A stretch of DNA of 64,000 nt, taken from assembly GCA_050331735.1 (NCBI GenBank), contig JBHJGN010000004.1, positions 141,986 to 205,985 of the forward strand, read 5' to 3'. A program made the translations under genes and the position numbers. The notes beneath the pieces were generated by a model. That model was not told the origin of the DNA, ran no database searches, and saw only the letters and a list, made by a program, of their open reading frames with translations. Positions 41,594 to 51,784 of this stretch are shown here, one piece after another. The number at the start of each line of letters is the position of its first letter. Position 1 is the first letter of the stretch. Source of the stretch: Cyanophyceae cyanobacterium (GTDB lineage: Bacteria; Cyanobacteriota; Cyanobacteriia; Cyanobacteriales; JBHJGN01).

Positions 41594-42678
41594 CCAAGGG
41601 CCCTGCGAATGGCGTTAGCTGTCGCCGGAGCCAGCAACACGCCGTTGCGATAGTGACCAGTAGCAAGCAGAACGTTACTATACCCCGGTAGCAACCCAAT
41701 CAGCGGGGCGGGCTGACCTTCAGGACGCGGACGCAGGCCGGACCAGGTTCGGACAACCGTCGCCTCAGCGAGGGCTGGACAAAAGGAAATCGCTTGCTGT
41801 CTGACGGCTTCTAAGAGGGCGGGTTGAGCGATCGCTTCTCCGGCTCCGACAAACTCCACCGTTGCCCCAACCCAGTATTCCGTGGCCGTGACCGGCACAA
41901 GGTGAACATCATCTCCGGTAACGATCGGTTGAAACTCAGGATTTCCACAGGGACGCTCTAGCTTGAGCTGTAGCGCTTGCCCCAGGACTGGACGAATATC
42001 GCTCTTTTGTTGAAGAGTTGAGGTGAGAGCCGTTGAGCCTAAACCCGCCGCCACCACGATCCAATCGCTCTCGACAGCGCCCGCCGTTGTTAAAACTTGG
42101 TTGCAGCGGCTTGAATTTGCCGATTCTACACGGATAGAGGCCAGTTTTTTGACTTGGGCTTCAAACAGACAGCGAACGCCATTGTGAGTCGCTCCGGCCA
42201 CCAAGGCTTGAGTCAACGCCGCCGGATGTACCTGACGATCTTGGGGAGAATAGACGGCCCCAGTCATGTTTTCGCTCTGTAGTTGCGGGCAGTGACGACG
42301 GACCTGGTTGTAGTCCCAAATCTCAAGCTGCCAGCCTTGAGAGTGGCGGACTTCTACAAGCTTCTCCCACCGCTCCCGCTCCTCGGCGGCAAAGAGCCTT
42401 AAAATCCCCTGGCGGTTGAACGGAATTTGCTGGCCCGTCAGCGCCTCCAATTCTGGGATCAGGGTTTCGTAGCGCTCCAGACTTTCCTGGCGTAATCGCC
42501 ACGCTCTCCCCTTCGTCTTATGGCTAATCACTCCCATCAAAACTCCTAGGGCTGCCCCTGTAGAACCCGATGCCGGAGTTTGTTGGTCAATTAGCGTCAC
42601 CTCAAGCCCGGGGACGCAGCTCAGCTCGTAGGCGATCGCCGCACCTACCACGCCGCACCCAACGATTGTTACACGCAT
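41590..42678 (-). CDS. FAD-dependent oxidoreductase (glycine oxidase/DadA-like)
   Basis: IVGCGVVG, WSGLRPRP and ATGHYRNGVLLAP motifs; start ATG 42678. Confidence 0.9.
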   Translation of the reverse strand: MRVTIVGCGVVGAAIAYELSCVPGLEVTLIDQQTPASGSTGAALGVLMGVISHKTKGRAWRLRQESLERYETLIPELEALTGQQIPFNRQGILRLFAAEERERWEKLVEVRHSQGWQLEIWDYNQVRRHCPQLQSENMTGAVYSPQDRQVHPAALTQALVAGATHNGVRCLFEAQVKKLASIRVESANSSRCNQVLTTAGAVESDWIVVAAGLGSTALTSTLQQKSDIRPVLGQALQLKLERPCGNPEFQPIVTGDDVHLVPVTATEYWVGATVEFVGAGEAIAQPALLEAVRQQAISFCPALAEATVVRTWSGLRPRPEGQPAPLIGLLPGYSNVLLATGHYRNGVLLAPATANAIRRALG

Positions 42679-42713
42679 ATTCAGTTCCCAGTTAGCAATG
42701 AACAGTGAACTGG

Positions 42714-43187
42714 TCAACTCATTTGCTCATTGTTCACTGTTGATTGTTCGTTGTTTGGGACCAGATCCAAAAAGGCATCAAAATCATCGAGGGCTTCTCT
42801 AAACTGAGCGGCTGCCAAATCGTAGTTTTCTTCTTTAGCAGCGGCATCAATTTGTTCGATATGGAAGAATAAGTCCTTGGAAATTGGTTTGGCTGTTTTC
42901 TGGTCTGAGGGCAGTAAATTGCGAGAAATATAGCTGATATCTTGTCGGAGCTGACCGAGGGGACCGTGAATAAACGTTTTGGTATTCGTCCAATCTTGAG
43001 CCTGAATGTAATTAGAAAGTTCTGACATTCTTTCCCGAGCCGTTTTGACAGGAGTCAGAACAGTCTGTAGTTGAGAAATGGTTTCGGCGGAATAGGTCGG
43101 AGGTGGAGTCGTTGCCTTGGGACCGCCACAGCTTACGAGGAGGGTTGCCACCAAGGCCAGTACGAAAGAGACAATAGACAGACGCAT
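42714..43187 (-). CDS. psbQ: Photosystem II lipoprotein PsbQ (CyanoQ)
   Basis: Lipobox LLVSC, PPTYS, WTNTKTFIHGPLGQLR and LLPSDQK motifs. Confidence 0.93.
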   Translation of the reverse strand: MRLSIVSFVLALVATLLVSCGGPKATTPPPTYSAETISQLQTVLTPVKTARERMSELSNYIQAQDWTNTKTFIHGPLGQLRQDISYISRNLLPSDQKTAKPISKDLFFHIEQIDAAAKEENYDLAAAQFREALDDFDAFLDLVPNNEQSTVNNEQMS

Positions 43188-43258
43188 CACTAAGAAAAAA
43201 TTGCATTCTCAGAATTCAGTTTACCAGTAACCCACCCATAGCAAGAGCCGAAACCGAG

Positions 43259-44020
43259 TTAACCCGACTGAAACTGAGACAGAAAAGCATCTCTCCCCGC
43301 TTTTTTTGGCTGAAGTTGACCGTCCTCTAAATACAGGATGGAGTCAGCCAAATCGACGATGCGAGGGTCGTGGGTCACAATTAAGACCGTCGTGCCGCGC
43401 TCTTTGGCAAGCTGATGTAGCAATTGCGCGATCGCCTGTCCGCTGCGAGAATCGAGAGCTGCCGTGGGTTCGTCTGCCATAATCAGGGGGGGATTTCCGG
43501 CGAGAGCGCGGGCGATCGCTACCCGTTGCTTTTGTCCTCCCGAAAGATCGCGGGGAAGCTGTTCGGCTTTGTCAGCGAGCCCAACCGACTCCAGCAGCAC
43601 TCGCGCTTCGTTTTTGGCACATTTACCGCGAATGCCTTTGATGTTGAGCGCGACTTCAATATTTTCGGCAGCGTTGAGCGCGGGAAACAGGTTGAATCCT
43701 TGAAAGATAAAGCCAATATTCTCTCTTCTAAACTGGGTCAGCCGCCGCCGGGGCAGGTCGGTGATGTTTTGCCCGAGCAGGTGAACGCTGCCGGCGGTTG
43801 GGGTCATCAGCCCTGCCAAAATCGACAGCAGAGTGGTTTTTCCCGATCCCGATGGTCCCATCATTAGCTTCAGCTCGCCTTTAGCAATCTTGAGATTGAT
43901 GCCCCGGAGGGCCTGGAAACGCTGAGAACCGTTTTGGAACACCATTTCCAAACCTCTCGCGGCGATCGCGGCGCTAGCGGCGCTGGTTGAATTAGGCCTT
44001 AAAGACAATTGCTGGGTCAA
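43259..44020 (-). CDS. DevA/LolD-like ABC ATPase
   Basis: GPSGSGKTT, LSGGQKQRVAIARAL, ADEPTAALD and VTHDPRI motifs. Confidence 0.92.
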   Translation of the reverse strand: MTQQLSLRPNSTSAASAAIAARGLEMVFQNGSQRFQALRGINLKIAKGELKLMMGPSGSGKTTLLSILAGLMTPTAGSVHLLGQNITDLPRRRLTQFRRENIGFIFQGFNLFPALNAAENIEVALNIKGIRGKCAKNEARVLLESVGLADKAEQLPRDLSGGQKQRVAIARALAGNPPLIMADEPTAALDSRSGQAIAQLLHQLAKERGTTVLIVTHDPRIVDLADSILYLEDGQLQPKKAGRDAFLSQFQSG

Positions 44021-45239
44021 GACGAGTCACCTTTTTAATCGCGAGAAAACCTGAACCGACACACATGACGATCACCAGACCCAACACGCCAGCGGCGGCG
44101 GCGGGAGTAATCAAAATAATAATTCCTTCGGTAGCAATCCAGGACTGAACCCCGAGGCAGAGCAGCATCCCAGGGATATATCCTAAGACTGCCATCCAGA
44201 CGGCTTGTTCCATAACAACACCGTACAGCAAGCGATCAGGGGCTCCCATCGCTTTCAGCGTCCCAAACTCTTTGATGTGGTCGGTGACAGAAGCGTAGAG
44301 AATTTGCGTGACGACCACCATCCCGACAATCACGCCCACGGTGGCTCCCAGCCCTAAAATTAAGCCAATTCCCGTTCTTCCTTCCCAATATTCCCGCGTT
44401 TTCTGAGCCATTTCTGCTCTTGTGTAGGCTCGGACTCCGGGCAATCTGCTTTCTAGGCGGCGCTGGAGAGCTTCGATATTCTCACCGGGAGCTGCTTTCA
44501 CTAAAACATAGGTAATCGGGTCGGTTAAGTTTAAAGCTTCTGGCGTCGGAGCCGCCAATTGTTCAACATCGGCTTTTTCATATACTCTCGTACACCGAAA
44601 ATCCTGAGCATTCCCGTCCGAGGGAACCTGACAGTTCAGTTCCACCGACAGTCCGGCATTGAGATAAGCGTTGGCGTTTTCGAGGGAAGTAAACAGAAAA
44701 GAAGAGGTAACGATGGATTGACTCTCTTCTGTAATGGCTGCAATTTGCGCTGGAAAGGAATTCACCGTGCCAATCTCCCCAAGCTGCTTCTCCAAGGAAG
44801 ATAGACGGCTTCTGTCTACCATGACGTTGTAAGGTTTTGCCAAAGCGCTCAGCTCTCCTTGCGCCACTTTTCCCGGCTCAAATAGCTGTCCAGCCGGATC
44901 GAAGCCGACAAACTTAACTGGAACGGTTTCCCCCGAAGCCAATTGCCATCTAGAAGACCCCAGCAGCAGCGCTTCCGCACGCTCAACCCCGTCAACTTCT
45001 CGCGCTTGAGCTAGTTGAGCTACCAAGATCGGTTCCGTTTGCTCAAAGTTAACCATGCGCTCGGAAGTCACCCAAATATCCGCTGAAGATTCCTCAATCA
45101 GCAGAACAGTTGAGCGAGTAAACCCTTTAAAAATGCCGGTTTGAATGGTCACTAAACTGACAGCAAACATGATTCCCGCTTGAGCAACCAAAAAGCGCGG
45201 CAGATCTTCTAATAAATTTTTACGGGCAATGGATACCAT
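43992..45239 (-). CDS. DevC/FtsX-like ABC permease
   Basis: MVSIARKNLLED.PRFLVAQAGIMFAV, EFGTLKAMGA and DPAIVFKA motifs. Confidence 0.9.
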   Translation of the reverse strand: MVSIARKNLLEDLPRFLVAQAGIMFAVSLVTIQTGIFKGFTRSTVLLIEESSADIWVTSERMVNFEQTEPILVAQLAQAREVDGVERAEALLLGSSRWQLASGETVPVKFVGFDPAGQLFEPGKVAQGELSALAKPYNVMVDRSRLSSLEKQLGEIGTVNSFPAQIAAITEESQSIVTSSFLFTSLENANAYLNAGLSVELNCQVPSDGNAQDFRCTRVYEKADVEQLAAPTPEALNLTDPITYVLVKAAPGENIEALQRRLESRLPGVRAYTRAEMAQKTREYWEGRTGIGLILGLGATVGVIVGMVVVTQILYASVTDHIKEFGTLKAMGAPDRLLYGVVMEQAVWMAVLGYIPGMLLCLGVQSWIATEGIIILITPAAAAGVLGLVIVMCVGSGFLAIKKVTRLDPAIVFKA

Positions 45240-45384
45240 AATCAGCGAGAAAACGTTTACCTCAACCCTATTTTACTTAACCGAGGAAGTCCTCTGCCGT
45301 CCTGATTTTCACGCTATGAAGTCACAATACTGTTTGAAACTGAACCTGAGATGAGAGGCCAACATAAATACTCTTAAATGCTAA

Positions 45385-45520
45385 CCGTCTTCCTCCTTCT
45401 GAAGCATCAGCCCCTAGTTTAATGTTTATTGAGGGGCTAAATCGTATAGAGCGACACTCCTACGTCGGCGACGCTAGCGGACACCTCGTTGTCTGCTCCT
45501 AAGTTGTCAAGGAAGCACAG
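45385..45520. ncRNA. Candidate structured non-coding RNA (unidentified)
   Basis: AGCCCCT...AGGGGCT stem, CGTC-GGC-GACG stem and long-range CTTCCT(45389)/AGGAAG(45510) closure; no long ORF. Confidence 0.35.
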
Positions 45521-45582
45521 CAAAATCGCCCTTCACTAAAAACCGCAAAGGGATTACCTGCTTAAAGCGTTAGCGAACTGGA

Positions 45583-45654
45583 CTGGGGTGCTAGGATTCG
45601 AACCTAGGAATGGCGGGACCAAAACCCGCTGCCTTACCGCTTGGCTACACCCCA
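45583..45654 (-). tRNA. trnQ: tRNA-Gln (anticodon UUG)
   Basis: Minus strand reads TGGGGTGTAGCCAAGCGGTAAGGCAGCGGGTTTTGGTCCCGCCATTCCTAGGTTCGAATCCTAGCACCCCAG: full cloverleaf, TTG anticodon. Confidence 0.98.
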
Positions 45655-45835
45655 ACGGTATCGACCTTGGTTATTGTAGCAAAAACTAGCCGGAAACTGT
45701 CAAGAGCCTGAGTTCAGTTTTCTGTCAAAAATGCCAGCCTGTTGTTTAACTGCCGGAGCTCCGGCCTGACTTCGTTTCAATTCCGGAAATTTGCTCGATA
45801 ATTAAAAATATAGTAACAGCAAAAATATTTAAGTC

Positions 45836-48232
45836 TTGATCAGAGCGGAAACTTTAGAATTATTAGAATGGTCCCGTTTGTGTCAGCATCTTGCTACCTT
45901 TGCCGCCACAAAATTGGGGGCTGTTGCTGCCCGTAACCTGCAAATACCAACGACGAAAGCTCAGAGTTTAGCGCTTTTGGCTCAAACCGAAGAGGTCTAC
46001 CAGTTAGAAAGTACGGAGGCTGGACTTTCTTTTGAAGGAATTACCGACATTGGTGACTCGATTGAGCGAGCGGAGCGAGGAGGGATACTCTCAGGCGCAG
46101 AATACCTTAATATTGCGACGACGTTAGCTGGAGTGCGGCGCCTGCGGCGAGCCATCGACGATCGCGAAGATGTTCCAACATTGACCGACCTCATTGAACC
46201 AGTCCGCACTTATCCAGAGCTAGAGCAGGAGATTCATCGCTGCATCGACGATCGCGGTAAGGTGGCCGACCGCGCCAGCCCGAAACTCGAAGAGGTCCGG
46301 CGGCAGATTAAAGACCTTCGAGACAAAATTTATCAAATTTTACAGCGTATCGTTCAGCGCAGCGGGGCCGTTCAGGAACCAGTGATTACGCAGCGGGGCG
46401 ATCGCTTCGTGATTCCCGTTAAAGCTCCCCAAAAAGACCAAATTCCCGGAATTGTTCACGATACCTCCAGTACCGGAGCGACTCTGTATGTAGAACCCCA
46501 TTCAGTGGTTGGGCTGAGCAACAAGCTGCGGCAGTACCGCCGCACCGAGCAGGTACAGGAGGAGGCGGTGCTGCGCGCCCTGAGCGAGCAGGTCGCCGCT
46601 GTGTCTGAGGATCTCGAGCAGGTTTTGGCGATCGCCACCGCTCTCGATCTCGCCACGGCTAGGGCCAGGTATAGTGCGTGGCTAGAGGCGAGTCCGCCTC
46701 AGTTTATTGCTCCTCAACAAGAACCGGCCACAACGGTTCTGCAACAGTTGCGTCATCCCTTACTGATTTGGCAGCAGCGCCACGAACAGGGAGCTGACGT
46801 CGTTCCCATTGATGCCCGCATTCAACCCGATATCCGCACGGTGGTCATTACTGGACCCAATACCGGAGGCAAAACGGCAACGCTAAAATCCATCGGTTTA
46901 GCGGCACTGATGGCGAAAGCGGGATTATTTGTGCCAGCGAAGGCCCCCGTTCAGCTACCGTGGTTTTCCCAAATCTTAGCCGACATCGGGGACGAACAGT
47001 CCCTGGAGCAGAATCTCTCGACGTTTTCAGGTCACGTTCGCCGCATTGGTCGGATTTTAGAGGCTCTCCCCTTAGCCGCGTCTAGCGAACCGCACTCTGC
47101 TCTAGTTTTGCTCGATGAGGTGGGAGCTGGAACCGACCCGGCTGAAGGCAGTGCGCTGGCGATCGCCCTCCTCAAGTATCTGAGCGAACGTGCTCTGCTG
47201 ACCGTTGCCACAACCCACTACGGCGAACTGAAAGCCCTCAAGTATCAAGATCCGCGTTTTGAAAACGCCTCCGTCGAGTTTGACGATCAAACCCTTTCTC
47301 CAACCTACCGATTGCTGTGGGGCATTCCCGGTCGCTCTAACGCTCTGACCATTGCCCAGCGTTTAGGACTCAATGTGGCCATCATTGAGCAAGCGAAAGA
47401 GCTGATGGGAGGATATAGCGAGGATGTCAATGAAATTATTGCGGCTTTAGAGACTCAACGACGCGAGCAGGAAGCGAAAAATCAAGAGGCGACTCAGCTA
47501 CTAGAGCAAACCGAACGCTTCTACGAAGAGGTGTCAGCAAAAGCGACCGCCTTGCAACAGCGAGAACGGGAGCTGAAGCTGTCTCAGGAGCAGGCGGTGC
47601 AAGAGGCGATCACTCAAGCCAAGGAAGAAATTGCCAAAGTGATTCGTCGGCTTCAGCAGGGACCGCAAACCGCCCAGAACGCTCAAAAAGCAACAGAGGC
47701 TCTCAATCATATTGCTGAGCAGCAGCTTCCCCAAGCAGAAGTCCGCACACCTAAACCGGGATACCTGCCTCAGGTAGGCGAACGGGTAAAAATTCCCCGG
47801 CTCAATCAAACCGCAGAAGTATTGACAGCTCCCGACGATGATGGCGAATTAACCGTACGTTTCGGAGTCATGAAAATGACCGTTTCTCTGGCCGATGTTG
47901 AATCTCTCGACGGTAAAAAAGCCGAACCCGTCAAGAAGGCTACCAAAGCGCCTGCACCTCCGCCAACCGCTAAACCAGCACCAACGGTGAGAACGTCCCA
48001 AAATACCCTCGATCTGCGAGGAAGTCGCGTCGCCGATGCCGAAATCGAGCTAGACCAAGCGATTTCCAATGCCGTCAATACCGGAGCAGTCTGGATTATC
48101 CACGGTAAAGGAACGGGTCGTCTGCGTCAGGGAGTGCATGAATGGTTACAGCAGCATCCTCTTGTTAAAAGATTTGAGCTGGCTCCTCAAAACGAAGGCG
48201 GAGCGGGAGTAACGATTGCTTATCTAAACTAA
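45836..48232 (+). CDS. mutS2: Endonuclease MutS2
   Basis: TLELLEW, ITGPNTGGKT, DIGDEQS, LLDEVGAGTDP and Smr domain LDLRG...IIHGKGTG. Confidence 0.97.
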   Translation: MIRAETLELLEWSRLCQHLATFAATKLGAVAARNLQIPTTKAQSLALLAQTEEVYQLESTEAGLSFEGITDIGDSIERAERGGILSGAEYLNIATTLAGVRRLRRAIDDREDVPTLTDLIEPVRTYPELEQEIHRCIDDRGKVADRASPKLEEVRRQIKDLRDKIYQILQRIVQRSGAVQEPVITQRGDRFVIPVKAPQKDQIPGIVHDTSSTGATLYVEPHSVVGLSNKLRQYRRTEQVQEEAVLRALSEQVAAVSEDLEQVLAIATALDLATARARYSAWLEASPPQFIAPQQEPATTVLQQLRHPLLIWQQRHEQGADVVPIDARIQPDIRTVVITGPNTGGKTATLKSIGLAALMAKAGLFVPAKAPVQLPWFSQILADIGDEQSLEQNLSTFSGHVRRIGRILEALPLAASSEPHSALVLLDEVGAGTDPAEGSALAIALLKYLSERALLTVATTHYGELKALKYQDPRFENASVEFDDQTLSPTYRLLWGIPGRSNALTIAQRLGLNVAIIEQAKELMGGYSEDVNEIIAALETQRREQEAKNQEATQLLEQTERFYEEVSAKATALQQRERELKLSQEQAVQEAITQAKEEIAKVIRRLQQGPQTAQNAQKATEALNHIAEQQLPQAEVRTPKPGYLPQVGERVKIPRLNQTAEVLTAPDDDGELTVRFGVMKMTVSLADVESLDGKKAEPVKKATKAPAPPPTAKPAPTVRTSQNTLDLRGSRVADAEIELDQAISNAVNTGAVWIIHGKGTGRLRQGVHEWLQQHPLVKRFELAPQNEGGAGVTIAYLN

Positions 48233-48418
48233 GTACCTGCTTGACAATTACCGAAAGCGACTGCTCATTCATTGGTACGGACGAAGGAAAGGATAAACAA
48301 GGACTGAAAAAGCAAGGGCATGATGAGTGGGTTTTCCGGCAATGAAAGACGTACGCAAAAGAGGGTGACTTTTGGTCACTCTTATTTTGCCTTAGCATTG
48401 AATACCCAATGAAGCTCT

Positions 48419-51251
48419 CTAGGTGCTCGCTGTTACATCAGCCCGGTCTATCGCGACTAGCTGTTGCCCTGTGCCCCCCAGTTCCGTTTCTCCTGACACG
48501 ACTGGCTGAGAAGAGACGCTCTCTAAACCAAAGCTACTGGGTTCATCTACCAGTAAATCTCCAAATTCGCTAGCGAGCAGCGCAGCCTTGTTCTCGATCA
48601 AAGCATCTGAGCTGAGGGAGGCATTTAGATTAGCCAGTCCTAACGGTCTCGAATTTTGCCAAACGCCTAGTCGTCCCCGGTTATTGCCTTGCAAACTGGT
48701 ATCTCCACCGATAACCGCATCCTCGTCGCCATCACCATCCAAGTCGGCAAAACTGGGAGCCGCATAGAAGCCTACATCAACTCCATTCAAAGGATTGTTC
48801 GTTCCCGTTGCCGGAATGAAGCGTCCGCCATCGTTGCGATAGTAGCGCAGTCCACCAAACACTTCTCCCACCATCGCATCTTCATCGCCATCGCCGTCAA
48901 GATCGCCAAAGCTGGGAAAGCTAAAGTCTCCAGCATCGATGCCGTTGAGAGGATTGCCTGTACCGGGGGTAAAGGTGAACCGACCGTTGTTGTTTTGGTA
49001 GTAGGCCACTCTGCCGTTCGCCAGTCCGAGAAACGCATCCATATTGCTATCGCCATCGACATTGGCAAAGGCAATGTTGCTGTAGCTCCCGACATCGATA
49101 CTGTTAAAGGGATTAGCTGTGCCGATTTGCTCGACAAAGCGACCATTATTGTTCTGATAGAAGCGGATGGTGCCGTCAAAAGCACCGATGGCTAAATCCT
49201 GGTCGCGATCGCCGTCGAGATCGACAAAGATGGGGGTACTGACAAAGCCCACGTCTATGTTGGCAAACGGATTGCGAGCTGGGGCAACCCGGGTAAAGCC
49301 GATAGTGTCATTGCGCAAGTAGAGCAGCCCCCCGTTGATATTCCCTACCGCTGCATCTAAGTCTCCGTCGCTATCGAGGTCGGCAAAAGCGGGGACAGGG
49401 CTAGAAGTTGTGCGGATATCATTGAGCAGGTTATCTGTTCCAGTGAGTTGCCTATAAGAGAAGGGCACAAGACTCGCTCCCCTTTCCACTGCACCGATAT
49501 CGACTGAGCGACCTGCAATCCGCTGTCTACCTGTTTGATCGCCCAGAAACTGCTCTGTAGTGTTGCCATCTTGATCTAGGTCTAAGCTGTCGGTGGCGAT
49601 GAAGTTGTTGCTACCCGCATCGATGGCGGGACTGCCGGGGCGCAGAGCATGGGTAGGAGTTAGTCCGCCGTTATCTGCTAACGGTCCTAGCCGAGGATTG
49701 GCGTTAATCACATCGCTGCCCGTGCCGATAGTGCCGTCTTGACCGGCGGCATTGCCAATCAAATTGTTGCGGTTGCCGTTAATCGGACCAGAGACGTCCG
49801 GCTGAATATCGCCCGGTCCGGTGTTGTTAGGGGTGTCGACGTTGCCCGCAATCAGGCTATTGGCAGCGTAAAGCTGATTAAATTCCCGAGAGTAAAGTCC
49901 TCCGCCATTACCGCTGCCGTTGTTATCCGCATCGGCTATGTTCCCAGTGATGGTGCTGTTGATGAGGGTAGTTCTCTGATCGCTGACGCCAGTACTTTTG
50001 TAGTAGTTGAAGATGCCGCCGCCGGAAGTGCGGGTGCTGTTGCCGCTGACGGTGCTGTTGATGAGGGTAAGCGTACCATCGTTGGTGAAAGACACCCCGT
50101 TGCTAATGCCGCCTCCACCTTTAGCATTAAGAACCCCGCTGCCGTCAGCAAAGTTACCGCTCACGGTGCTGCCGATGAGCGTCAGCAGGTTGCCAGCATT
50201 GGAGATTCCCCCACCGCTGCCACCTCCGAGGGAACCAATATTGCTAGTGACCCGATTGTTGCTAATCGTACTGTCGAGCAAAATGGCTCTGTAACCATTA
50301 TGAATGCCACCCCCATCATTGCGGTAAACCGTGTTGTCTGCCACGGTGCTTCTCGAAACCACCAGACCGCCACCATTGAAAATCCCTCCACCATTGCCAC
50401 CGTTGGCGGTATTGCCGCTGACAACGCTGTTGGTGACCAGGACGACGGGAGTAGTGATAAAGTCATTAAAGATGCCGCCCCCGTCGCCTTCATTAGCTAG
50501 GTTATTCCTCACCCGGCTGCTGTTGAGGCTTAGAGTGCCAGTGTCGTTAAAAATTCCCCCGCCACCATCGAGTCCGCCTGCCGCTGTATTACCTTCAACG
50601 GTACTATTATTCAGGGTGAGCGTGGCATCACCGCCCCCTTGGTGAACGAGGCCGCCTCCGTTTTCAGCCGTATTGCCGCTGACGACGCTGTTCACTAACG
50701 TGGAGGTGCTGCTTTGGATAAAAAGTCCGCCGCCATCGCTGACCGCCCGATTGCCAGTGACGGTGCTGTTACTCAACGAAAGCGTACTGTTCGTAGCGCT
50801 AAAAATGCCGCCTGACCCCCCCGGCAATATTGTCTCTAACGGTACTGTTTGTTAAATTGAGCTGCGTATCGCTGTTGGCGCGGATGCCGCCACCTGGGGC
50901 CGGAGCCGAAAGCGCATCGGCTGAGCCGCCAGTAACGACCACATTATTTAAACTGAGGCGGTTGCGCAGCACGTCAAAAACGCGATCGCCCAACCCTTGA
51001 GCCGTAATCGTGGCGGGTTGTCCGGAGGCACGAATCGTGATGTTGCCTAGAATGTCTAGATCTCCGGTCGCCGCTGCGTCTTCTTCGGGTCCATTGAGAG
51101 TCAGCGTGTAGGTGCGGCCCCCTTGCAGTTGAATAGTATAGTTGTTATTGCGGTCGGTATTCGCGGTGAGGATAGCATCGCGTAAAGATAAGCCTCCAGA
51201 AGCTCCGCCATCATTTTGATCGGCTAAAGTTGTTACCCTAAGCGTCGGCAT
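48419..51251 (-). pseudogene. Large surface protein (CSLREA-like N-terminus, GGGI beta-helix repeats, choice-of-anchor-Q-like region, FG-GAP/VCBS repeats) split by a frameshift in a G7 tract
   Basis: ATG 51251 follows GGAGG (MPTLRVTTLADQNDG...LSLRDAI). The frame ends at NIAGGVRRHF*; with G6 at 50816-22 it continues as NIAGGSGGIFSATN into the 802-aa ORF with LGPLADNGGLTPTHAL..GSPAIDAG and DLDGDGDED repeats. Confidence 0.85.
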
Positions 51252-51498
51252 CGTTACCTCCACGGGTAATAGTCGGTGTGTAGCTAAATAGTCTTTAACG
51301 GAAGAATCGTTGAGTTCCTTCATTGTAGAGAAGAAACGCTCTTGAGCAAATAAATTGCGTAAAGTACTTAACAACTTTTATTGATTAAAGTCAGGAGATA
51401 GGCGGTCAACGAGAAGGTTCTACTGACAAGTAATGAAGCTGGAACGCAGTGCAGAGAAGCGCAGTTAACTAATCAAGTTGTTTAAGTCATCAGGTGAT

Positions 51499-51784
51499 AT
51501 GACTTTTGATAGCTGTTCTAGTAGCCTAGACAATCTCAAGCTAATTCGCACTTATGGCTGGATTTGGCTAACTCGTCTTCTTCCGCAATCGGCTAGTTAG
51601 TCCTGATTCGGATTGGTAATTGTCGAGTAGACAAAGTGGAGCTAAGCAAAACGGGCATCGTCGTTCTTAAAGGCTATGGCTTCATTAAAGTGTTTAAGCT
51701 AGTGGCCCTAAATAAGAACACGGAGGTGGTTCGTTCAGATTTTGTTTCTCCTTGGTTCACACTCTCTCCAACTGCTTACCTCCT
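51499..51784 (+). mobile_element. IS701-family transposase remnant (frameshifted, internally deleted)
   Basis: FDSCSSSLDNLKLIRTYGWIWLTRL, RNRLVSPD and GIVVLKGYGFIKVFKLVA across frameshifts, then a C-terminus-like VVRSDFVSPWFTLSPTA and an ACTGCTTACCTCCT end-like sequence. Confidence 0.75.

Noticed and set aside
45583..45654. tRNA-Gln as an island integration site
   Set aside because: No integrase and no duplicated tRNA 3' end seen in the window; both neighbours are ordinary chromosomal genes.
49739..50645. Long antisense and alternate-frame ORFs over the surface-protein gene
   Set aside because: Expected by-product of Gly/Asn/Ser/Thr-rich repetitive coding on the opposite strand.
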